Part shown: piece after piece, positions 47,801 to 59,800 of the stretch
How positions within the stretch are numbered: position 1 is the stretch's first letter
How the letters are laid out: each line of letters begins with the position of its first letter
Assembly (NCBI GenBank): GCA_002633005.1
Contig: NMRA01000078.1
Span: 252,587-316,586 of the forward strand
DNA length: 64,000 nucleotides
Source of the DNA: Phoronis australis
Lineage: Eukaryota; Animalia; Phoronida
Direction of reading: 5' to 3'
Made by a program: the position numbers and the translations under genes
Notes under the pieces: model-generated
Seen by the model: only the letters and a program-made list of their open reading frames with translations
Databases searched by the model: none
What the model was told of the DNA's origin: nothing

Positions 47801-50800
47801 CTTTCTGTGAACCTGTCCTAATACAAGACAGCCCCACCAGTCCGTCTCAAGCCTAGCAATTACCAAATCTGAGTAAAGCATCGTCCACACACAGATTTAC
47901 TCTGGAACAAGTTATTCTTGGAATGAGTTGTCGCTAGGTTTTGGGGGCTGTCTGGACGCAATTTAAACTAGTGCGTCTTGCCCCACTTGTGACAACTTAC
48001 TCCACCTTATCGTAGTAAGGTAACTTGTTCTATGGTAATATGCGCCACTTCTAATCGCTAGGTGACCACAAACGTGGTGCAAGGCAGAAGTAATTACCGA
48101 TTGTGTGCTTACAATCTTCTTTTTCACACTGTATCGGCATCAGTTTTTCGTTGTCAAAGTTTCCGTGGGTGCGCAGGGCGACAACTTCCATCCTGTGCTA
48201 TGGGATGGATTTGTGTGGACTTGGGTTCATTGCATCGTTAAAATCTCATGTTTAATATTTTTTTTTGTTTTAGCGGGTGTGAATTTAACAGTCAATTAAA
48301 TTTAACGGCAGGAAATCAGAAACGGAATTTTGACTTAAGTCACGTACTCATCTTGTTCCTGATTTAGATTAGAGATGATTCCTAGACTTGCGAAGAACTG
48401 TTAGTTCGTTATTATTACTGTTGGTGCGTTATTATTACTGTTAGTTCGTTATTATTACTGTTAGTTTGTTATTATTACTGTTAGTTCGTTATTATTACTG
48501 TTAGTTCATTATTATTCTATGCAAGAGCCAGTAAGTGGCTTGTCACGGCGGGTTAGTTTTAGCCATCAAGGCAATATTGCTGTTAAGGAGTTCAAGGCAA
48601 TTATTGTAACCAACACGACGGCAATGCTTTGGAAAGGCAAATTATTGCAGTATTAAATTATTATTTTCTTTTGGAATTAATTTCATTTTCCTACACATTG
48701 TGCTACTTATTGACTGACCACCTGTGTTCGAGAGGGTTAAACACAATGTGGCACAATGGTTCAGATTTCTACCAAAAGGTGTCAGGGTAGTCAGATAAAA
48801 GGAGTTTCAAGTCTTTGGCAAGTTGTGAGAACCTGGGTAGATACTTGGAAGCAGAGCCTGAGTTGGGGTACAGATTGATTTTTGTTGCTTGACACAGCAT
48901 ATGGGGTCTTTGTTTGTTTTTCCTATTTGCTTTTAAAGACTGCTGATAATAAAACTTGAATAAAGATCCCAGGTTGACAAACCTTACTTGTGTTGAGTTA
49001 GTAGATAGTGTGACGCGACACTTCACGCCCATTTTAAGTGGTGCAGTCTAAAATTATCATCACTCGTGTATTTATTAATTATTGGCTCAAACACTGGCTT
49101 GTCTTACAGTGAATAGACAAGTGTTGGATTTAGGTTGTTGCTCAGTTCTACTTTTTTGTAAAAACTTGCCATATGACCAGGTTCTGTACAGGTGATTTTG
49201 GTTTAGCTTAATTATGCTAGTAATATCAATAAAAATTAACTGAAATTGAGTATAATTATGAGTAACATTAGCAATAACAACAACAATAATACTAATATTA
49301 ATAATGATATGACAATAGCAATAATCACAGGATACATAAGCATGTTCAACATAGTTATATACGAAAATGAAATTTGAACAGCAAAGTGTTGGTAAAACAC
49401 GTATTACTGTACTCGTCCGGGTTACCGCCCAGGGCGCTTAAATTGGGTATCTTAAAAAATGGGGTGGGCGGTTAAAATCGAAATTTTTGAAGTTGGGAGT
49501 GGGTGCTTGCTTCACAAAGGACCGATTTTACCCTTATGGAGCTTCACTAATGTCGGACTTCAAGCATGTCTGATAAAATTTACGTAGGCGGGTTGAAGTA
49601 ACGGACTTCGATGGACTGAAGTGGAATAGCACACACGCCAGTGGTGCTGTGATCCCAAGCGTGATTGGGTTTTTACGTACCTCGGTCGCTGCTCGTCATG
49701 TCTTGGAACTGAGGTGTTCTTACAGATAGATGTGCCTTCAATAGGGCAAGTTTCTTGAGAGAAAAGCAAGATCACGCAAGACTACGCTAGATCGTCATGT
49801 ATTGCTACTGGAAGCAGGTGATTTTGTACAGATATGCTGCTTCTAGTTACTTTGGCAACCAAACACCTGCTAATGAATGATTGACAGCCGGTTTTTCTTA
49901 TAAATACTTTGAACCTAGTTTGAACAATGTCACATTTTATATAGATTATATATTTCTTTCTGTGTTGAACAGCTAACACCAACCTCCCAGAATTTGTTCA
50001 AAGCAAGTGCTCAACAATCGGATGATACCACTATTAGTCAATAGGGGTGATCTGTCGGCTGCTAAAATAATAAAGCAAAAACACATGGTATAAAAAAGCA
50101 AAAACACATCGTGTAAAAAAGCAAAAATACATCGTGTAAAAAGTCAACAGGCAAATCAAAAGTTCAAAAAAGTTTTTGACCACGTAGATGTGGATAGAAT
50201 GTTCAACTTGCGCTTAATTACAAGTTGATTTCTTGCGCTATTGCTTATGGTTGGGCGCTTCCATTTTGGTATCAGGAGTGAGTTATTAAAAACATGCGTT
50301 TAACGAAGACACGGAACTAGTATTCAAAACAATGCCTCAATAATGTCGGTGATGTTTCCAAATTTTTTTTATTTCATTGCTCAGGGTGGTGATGTTTCGT
50401 GTACTGTCACGGGGAATCCAGAAAGGTAGGCCACGGACTTAAAATTCTTGTCAAGTACTGCTTTTTTGGTTCTTCCATGGCAATGAAATACAATCGACAA
50501 GCGCTGTCTCGGTGATCAGTACATGCTGACACGAGTTCCGCGCGTGAGCCACAGGAAATAATTGTGTCTCCTTCAGTTAAGAGCATGAGAATACGGGTAT
50601 TTTACCGCCATAGTAAGGCAAGGTTCCGGTTCCGCTAAAACTGATTGTCGTTGAAAGGTAAGCGAGTTGCACACGTTTTGAAATCTTAGTTTTGCAAGAC
50701 GAACGTTCACAAAAGTGCACACACTTTTAAGGTGGTCTCGATCATAAAAATGGGGGTGGGCAGTAAGCCGAGCATGGGCGGTAACCCGGACGAGTACGGT

Positions 50801-53800
50801 AGATTGTCCAAATGTACAAAAATATTTTAATCTATGACTTATATCTTGAAATGAAGGCATTCTTTTGATGTGTTAACCATCGGGTCAATAATTGAACCAT
50901 TTTTCAGTGCTAGCGGTAAATCCAAGAAATTGATTTTATCTTAAGTCCAGCTTTATGCTTTATTTCCGACATCTTTTAACTCCTGAAAACTTGCTGTTTA
51001 TTTGGTTGAAGTCCAAATAAAGATGTCCGGGGATTTTCTGGTGACGTGCTAAGCACATAAGTAGAAACAAAATGTACTTTGTGCAAATTTATTGATTTTA
51101 GCCTTTATTCAGATGAGTGTGTTATTTAGGCATAATTTGTTGTAATGAATCGATATTCCGTGATAAGTGACAACGTGTAGGTGTGCGGGTCTGTAAATAG
51201 CTTTTTGATGAGCTGGTGTCGTATTCCTAGACTTGTGGGAGGCATTCAACGCAACGATGCCATAGAGACCGATTGCATGTAGTTGTGTTAACAACTGTGA
51301 TCTACTTAGAAAAATATGTTGTTCCCCCCACCAGTCTCTGAACAGAAGTTGTAATGATTAAATAGTCTTGCAAATCCTGAAAGCAGTCTAGGTAAAATTA
51401 TTTCACAAAGACACGGTGTTCCCTGTGAGCAAGATTTGACAACGGTGTAAATTCCACAGACGTCATGTTTTTGTGTCCTAATTTCCTTTCTGTAAATTCA
51501 CAAAAAAAACTATTTCTTACATAGTTTTTTTACTCATTATCATTTCACTGCAAAAAGATGAAAATAAATACCACTTTTTTAATCGTTTGGTGTGTAACTG
51601 ACTATTCAAACTTGCCTGGGGGGTTTTGGGCTTTTGAAATATGGCTCAAGATTTCCAGCACAGTACAAGTTGTTATAATTATGGTGCAGCATCATGGTTG
51701 ATTACACAGAGAGACAGCATTGACCACAGGGTTTATTTGTAAATATTGAATTGAATGAATATTCTGTCCATGCAGAAGCAGTGCAGTTTTGATTTGTTTT
51801 GGTCAGTAAAGGGGGTGGGGTGGCACTCATTCTTTATGTCCACTTCCACTTTCAGTCTGATCATGACTAATTCTGGGGTCATTCTTGTCAAAATAATACA
51901 AAATGTAAAATTACATAAACCTCACATGACTGTCTAATACTCCTTAAAGCTATTGTGTGGTCAACTCTTGTATACCTGTGTCTATCTGTTGACATTAAAT
52001 CGATAATCAATTCTTGACCTATTTCGCATGCAGTGTGTCCAGCATTGGATTAAGATTTCTTAGGGCCTTATTAGCTATCAGAAGTCGGCTCCCCAAAATT
52101 TCCGAATCCCCAGGCTGCCATAGGTTTTACATACATTAATAGGACCTGGGGCTACGATTTGGAGTCCTTAATTTATGTGGGGGGCCCTAAGATGTGGCTT
52201 AGCTTGGTGGTTTATTCTGCATTGAGTGTTTCAGAGGGGAACCAACGTTTGAAGAATTCTGCTTCACGGTTTCCGTGGTCTTGACTGTATGGCTGCCATG
52301 TGACAGATTTTATTTTTGGATAGATTTTTTCAATGCAGTCGGCCTTTGAGAGGTAGATAGTGATAATTTTAGGAATCAGTTTTGTGCTAAATATTTTGAA
52401 TCCTGTTGACGTCAGACGTTTGATAGAAAACCAGGCAGGTAGACGGGCACACAAGGAGGGAAGCAGGGAAGGAGGGAGACAGCAGGGAGGCACGGCTGTG
52501 ATCAACACTGTCACCTGAGCTCAGGGCCCTCAATCCCTCAATTTTGGGGCCTAATGTCGGCTACATTTCCCTTAGATAAACATTGAAAATTCACACGAAA
52601 TTCCCCTCACGAGGCCCAAAAATGCCCCTCAAGTGATTGAAAAATTCTCATCGATGTTTGAATCACTTGTAACTCAAACAGGTGACAATTTGAAAGAGCG
52701 CAAAAAGTTTGTGTTGGCTACTTGAAGGCTTGTAACAGGGTGGGTTATGCTGTTGACGGTGATCGGAAGGTAAAATGTTTCTCTTATCTCAATAAAGTCC
52801 CTTCACAGAAGGCACAGGCACCTTTCCCCTCGGATGAACGAGTGCCTTGGAGTTTCCTTGTTTTTTGTTGTTTAATGTAGTACTTAGGTTTAATGTAGTA
52901 CCCCAGCAGCCTGGTAACACTAATATGACCATGTTTGTATTATGTACCTGTGTCAATCAACACAGACTGGTGACTGCTAATGTTATATATATTATACTGC
53001 TGTTACCTTCAGCACAGTATATATAGGCAGTAGTTAATGCTCAACTGTCGTTACCGTGGTGATTGGGGCCTCAATGGTCAGTTGATGGCACTTTCTTTAA
53101 CTTACGTGTCGCCTTGACAACCTGGGATTATTTCTGGAGTCTACGTAATTCCTACATGGTCAGTGATCATTGACATTGGATAGAATGATAGCTGAACATC
53201 ATATGTTGGTTGAGCAAGGTATGAACATTATGGCTCTCTCTTTCCGCATAATATTCAAATATTTTTTGTTTCCCTATTTAATTTAGGTTTTCATTAGGTG
53301 TTTGTGTGATAATTGCTTCGGATTAAAGTGTTAAAAAGTCATGTCAGGTATGTTACCTTAGGTTACCGTAGGTTATTTTAAGTTACCTTGGGTTACTGTA
53401 AATTGGCGTACACTACCATAGGTTCATGGGTTATTTATTGTCGCTGTATGATTTCTTTCATTTTAGCAAAATATGTCGGAAAAGGGGGAAACTGGTTTTG
53501 TCAAATATTTCAACAAGATTATATCAGGAAGAAAGGAATATATCGTTTAAAGTGTATTCTGTACTTGGGCTGTTGCCGTCATTTCTAAAAGTTTAATGAG
53601 TTTATAAAAACTGAAAATTACATACACTTATTTGGAGAAGCATTGCAATGTACACTTATTTGCCTGGACTGGGTTTGTATATTGTCACTACGCAATTACA
53701 ATTGTCCTACGGTACAATTTTACCAATATGACAGACAAGTGACTTTTTTCTTTTTTTAAGATGTATAACACTAAATAAATACCTTAATTTTCCAGTTCTA

Positions 53801-56800
53801 TGCCACACGTACTACCAATCTATGTTTTTAGGATTTGCGGACAGTCTGAACAATGTTAGAAGCCTTTGCAAAAGTTAAGACCGATCAATTTTTGTAATCA
53901 TTTTTGTCTCACATTAATAAGATTTTACTGTACTCTCTATTGTTACCAAGGCAACACAGTTAAGGTGGAAATAAATATCGCATGTGGTAAAGTACTATGC
54001 TCCTTCTCCACAGAAGAAGTCTTGAATGAGGTGCTGCAAACAATTTACATGCAGCTTCCATTTTTTACAACCCATCGAAGTCCATAAATAGTTGAGCAGC
54101 GTCCAATTCAGTTTCAGTACAAAACAGCATGTGTTCAGGTGAGCGACACGCTAGAACGATAGGTATTTAAGGAATTTAAGGAATTTTGCCCAGAATTCCA
54201 CCGGTTTTTGCTTATAGAAGTAGTAACTAAATTTATTGTGTATTAACTTTTTAAGCAGTTGATTATATCTATTTGTTTATAATTGTTTGTTTTGTGATAG
54301 TACCTGCCTAGTTAGTGATGGAGTTGAAGTTTTCTGAATGTATACTTTTTGTTGAGAAGATAAAATTTTGCATGATAAAATTCCAGTTGTCGGCCAAATT
54401 TCGTGCTAAGCAGAAGAATGTTTTTCATGACTGGCCTTAGAGTAGAGTTTGAGTTTAAAAATTTCTTTGAAAAACCACATAATAATTCTATCTTGAAGCA
54501 TCCTCACTGGTAAACAAGGTAAAAAGTACATAGTCTTATTCAAGGTAGGCCAATGTTATTCAAGGTTGGACAATACTATTCAAGCTTAGCCAATATTGCT
54601 CAAGGTTGGAAATGTTATTCTAGTTTGGCCAATATTAATCATAATTGGGCAATATCATTCAACATTGGACAATATTATTCAACCTTGGACAATATTCAAC
54701 CTTGGACAATATTATTCAACCTTAGACAATATTCAACATTGGACAATATTATTCAACCTTGGACAATATTCAACATTGGACAATATTATTCAACCTTGGA
54801 CAATATTCAACATTGGACAATATTATTCAACCTTGGACAATATTCAACATTGGACAATATTATTCAACATTGGACAATATTGTTCAACCTTGGACAATAT
54901 TCAATATTGAACAATATTATTCAAGTTTTTTGAGGATCCCCCTCATTACACGTTCTACACTAAGCTTGGATGAACATTGAGGGATGTTTTTTGGATTCTC
55001 TCAAAGACTCCACTCCCAAGGAGTGGAAGTCGTCAGTTGTATACGGGATCAAGTCTAGTGTGGGAGACTATGAGCAGTTATGAGGGTGATACTAAAGTCA
55101 TTGAAAAGTAGACTTTACCAACACCACTGTCTCAGTAATGGGGACACATGACTGTATACTCACTTTGACAACAGGGGGCAGCTTTGTCATATTGAAAATG
55201 TCAAAATACTTGATAGAGAGGGATTAGTTCAGGAGAGGGATGAAGGAGGTGTTCCATGAGAGAATCCAAAAACCATCTCTAATTAAGTACGTAGATTGCA
55301 TTTCAACTTACCCTTTGAGCCGTCTCATGTCACTGGCGGTGAAGAACATATTGTCATCTCATTCAGCGGGTAGACGGCCGAAACGTCCTGCTTTTTCCAG
55401 TTACACAAGTTCCAGTACTTGATTTATTTGTAACGTTGTCTTTGCACTGCAGTGATTTCCAAGCTTGGACTTCAATGTGTAAAAGCTAACGTCACAAGCT
55501 TGTAAAAGATTTTATCACGCTTAATTTGCCTTAATCATGGGTAATCTTTTTCAAGCTAATGAAGCAAGGAAATTAGAAAATATCAAATACCGTGTCAGTT
55601 TACCAAGCTTGGTCAAATTTAGCTTTTAGTGTATTGGTGACTGAACCAAATAATCAGGTTAGGCCAACCTTGTTAAGTTGAAATTGTTGTAGTTCCTGAT
55701 AACAGAGGCTGTAAAATTTTATTATCCAACCTATTATAAGCCTCACATAAAAATTCCTTGAAGCAAATTCTTAATTACAAACCACTAACGGGTATGAAGT
55801 GCTGAAAACGCTTTTAACGAGAAAGCTAGGAAGTGCCTACATCTATTTCTGTCAGATTGTTTTAACAGTACTCTGTAACCTTGTGTTTTATGAACCATGG
55901 CATTTCTGCGTTTCTGTTTCCTGTACGTCAAAGTTCATGTAATTGATATGAATGCTATTTACAGACTGGTGAAGTCTTGAAAATCTTTCAGGGTAATTCA
56001 ATCTAGTGAAGAGGTTAGTGACTGTAACTATTCAGCTATGGTTACTGTTTTGTAATATTTTTAGATCCGTCTTATCTGTATGTGAGGAGTTGTCGCATTT
56101 TTGAAATTTTCGGTTTTCAATAGGATAAAATGTCAAATTTCTCAACAAATATATTTCTGTTGAGAAATTAGACAAAAAGAAAATCCCCCTATCTCCTCTA
56201 CACACAAGTATAAGACAGTAAAATAGCAGTGTAAGGAATTATGTTATGCACCATTGTAAGTAACATATTGTCATTTGTTAGGTATGAGTAGCTCCCTGTA
56301 ATGTGACCGCAGTGTTTTAGTCTTATTTTTGTGCTTTTTGCTATGTAATATGTTTGTATTCTTTAACGCTCTCTCACCATTGTTCGAAAGCAGTGTTCGT
56401 TTTTCACTGAAAGATCTTGTTTTTGTGCCTCAGTGTGAACCATGTTTGTTTGCTACGAGGTACTCACCCTTGTCCGTAAACAATATCTACGTACCGTCGT
56501 TAGCCTTTTCTTTGTTCTTGCTCGTTAAGCCATTGTCTCTGGTGTGATGTCACTAATTAAGTTAATGAAAACTCCAGCCCACTTTGTGTGCAGTATGTCT
56601 TGACTATCTATTCTGGTCGGCCGAACATCCAGCCAATATGGATTTGTATTGAGTCGTTAATTCATTCATGAGTGTTTGCCCATCAATTGACGTCATTTGT
56701 GTGTAGCTGGAATCTGTAGCCAGCGGATGTGGTGCTGAGTTGGTGTTGCCATAGTCTTGAAGAGAAAGAGATTGTGACATGAAGGTTTGTTGGGATTTTC

Positions 56801-59800
56801 TGTGATTTAGGGGGGAGGGGTTCTTGTGTAGTGATGGTTTTGGTTTGGCTTGTGGACCGTTGTGGGGTAGATAGACTTTGAGAATCTGACCCTGTGGGTG
56901 TTTGGATGTGAATGAAATACAGGGATAAGTGAAGATCTGTCACTGTATAAGAAAGCTGTGAGAATCAGTAAACTTCTCTCTGTATTCTCATTGGAGTATC
57001 ACTACAGTGAGAAAATTATGAGATTGGTAAGATTCTCGTTGTATTCTCACTACAGCGGCATCTTAGTTATCCTAGCGAGAATCTCTGGATTATTCTCGGG
57101 TATCCCTCGTTGTATTCTCATTAATTCAAAAATCTTCCTTGACTACGTTCTAACTCAACTGACTCTAGAATCCAACAATTAGAATCTCTTTCACTTTTGT
57201 GTTGACATTTTTCACTGGAACAGTGAATGAGTCCTTTCATGCTAGTCTCACATCACAAGTGATTAGTTCCTATCATGATCTAATGTGCAAGGGCCAGGAC
57301 CATGTATCACTTGTATATGACTTCCATTGTCTCCGGTTCCTCTACTGTATTATTGATTACTAGCTGTTGGTGCCAAAAAATGCCTTCCGAAAAGACGTCT
57401 TCTTTTCGAAATATGTTCAGTTATAACTTTTGTTGTTATTTTAAAATCTCGCCAATTTAGAGACAATATGGCAGACAGGTGGACTTTTTATTTTCTTATT
57501 TTTTTCATAAATTATACACATTACCTGAATGATGCTTTGCCTTATCAAGTTCTGTACCACAGCTGCTTACAGAAAGTAAAATTGTGGCATTCGCAAGTGT
57601 TAGAATCCCTTGAAAAATGAAAAGAGTGCAACGTTTGCTATTTTTTGTTCGAGATGTGTGTGATTTTTCTGTGTACGATACTGTCATAATTGTGCAATTT
57701 CCCAAACGTCTGTTAGTGAAGACCCAGTTGTGCAGTTTCTTTGTTCACCAGTCATTCTGATTGACACTGAAGCCTACCACAATACTTCTAGTCGTGGAAA
57801 TGACGAGGAGATATGATTTGATTACTAGCTGTCGGAAGTAACTTGGTTAGTGAAATATTGCCGGTCATCACGACTGTAAGGTTGCGCTCGCGTGCGAGTC
57901 TTCATTTCCCTGTTGCAGTCGATGCATTAGTTACAGTGCACTTAAGATAACTCGATTTGTGTTGTCCTGATATAAGAGTGTAATTTTGTGATTATTCCAT
58001 TGGTGACGCCAGAATGCTGATTATCTTGTGACTTTTTTGTCAAATTATGTTTTGTGATAGCCGAGCTGCACTCTTTTCTCAAGCGCACTATTTACATACA
58101 CTGACTGTGACCAAGGGTTGTTTAAAGTGCGCTCTATAAATCTGAAGTGGTCTCCATGTAGTTACAACCACGACATTCAGTTGTAGAGTTGGCTGATGTG
58201 CAGGTTGCAAATACAGTCCATGTATGCAAACGTCATCTCCATTCTGTCACATATAATCAATGCATGGACTCTAAAACAATATCGAAAATCAATGTGTAAT
58301 TGTCAAGTAACTGGTTTAACCTAGTCACTCCCTCACTGTTTACTGTAGATATTCAGGGTTTGTTCCTTAATGTTAGTTGTTGACACCTGTGGGGTCATTG
58401 TTCCTTATGTTGATGACCTACTCTTTCTGCGTTTTCCTTTAATGATAGTAAATTAACCTCGTTAAGGGTTGTTCTTGAGAGTCATTCAAATATCACGGTT
58501 CTTGCAGGGTTTCATGATAATGTGTAGTTTCTTTTTAATTTATGTGGTTCAGTGCTCGGGTTTATTTTGCTCCCTCAGAGTTAAAATAGATTAATTAATT
58601 CGTTTTGAGATTATGATAAAAATTTAATGTGGAACAAAAATTATGGCTATAATTGTCCGTTAGCAGTTAGACCAGTGAAATCGTTGCAGAGGCGCATTTT
58701 TAATCTGAACAAAATTAAGGAATTTTTGAAACAAAAACAAAACCATATATATCGTATGTATCTTTTGCATTCACAGTGACCCCTTAGAATTTATGCACAA
58801 ATACGCTTTCGTAATTTTCTCAGTATGTGAATCCTGAATCTCAAACTGTCGCGAGTAACTAAGTGCTGCTATGGTACAAGCAGACGACAATATCAGTTGA
58901 CAACGAAATTTGAATTTTGCAATTACATGACCAGTAGCATTGCTGAAAGTACTCACGATACCAACACTTCTACTATTGGAAGACTTTGAACAGCCTGTCT
59001 ATGCTGATTTTTTTTCGTTGCACTGGACAGTAAAATAGATGCAAGAATTTCCAGTCACAATACAGTTACTTGAACTGAAATTGGTAATTTAGGAGAGTGG
59101 CGCCTCCTCTAGGATACTACGCAAGAAAATGTTGGGAGTTGCGAATCTGTTGTTGATAATCTATCGTTAAATCTGCTATTAGAGGTGCAGTCCACTGGCT
59201 GGATGGTGGTTTGAACTTTCATATTGGCTTCCAAGTTATCGCTTAGTGGTATGGTGATCAATGGAGTTAACACAAGTTGGTGCTGTTATTTCGAACTCAA
59301 AGTTCTTAGTGGTTTGTACGTAATTTTAAATATGAAGAGCTGAGTACATTGTTTAAATAGCAACTGAAATGAAAGGCTTGTAGAAGTAGAAAGGTCAATA
59401 TCTGAAAAAAAACGTTCATTTTCAATGCAGCATTTGTCAAGGAAAGTTGTTCACAGCGACATAGACATGCAGTGTAGCAACACGTTGACATTTTGCTGTT
59501 AAATTCACCAGTACTCTCACGCTTTTTGGTTCGATCCAAAACCTAAATCCTGATGGAATAACCCTCACGTAAACACAAAAGCGTTGACATAAGTGGAAAG
59601 TCTGCCAGCCACTCTTCACTTGACAACAAATACAATCAATTAATTATTAACTAAACTCGTGTCCTACCGAGATTGCCATTCTCTTGGTGCCTGGCAGTGA
59701 TTATTATTCTTTTTATCCCTGAGCTCTCAGAGGGATCCTAGGACTAGTATTGCAGGTTTACTGCTATGAACTGGGGGCCCCCCAGCTGCGCTTCTCAAGT

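Noticed and set aside
48397-48516. CRISPR-like appearance of short repeats (also the 27.5-29.1 kb array)
   Set aside because: Units are contiguous or homologous throughout with no unique spacers; eukaryotic context with no cas genes
54553-54980. Three overlapping repetitive ORFs (YSTLDNIQHWTILFNLGQ...)
   Set aside because: By-products of the 20/17-bp minisatellite; all three frames cycle through the same peptides and there is no splice or domain support
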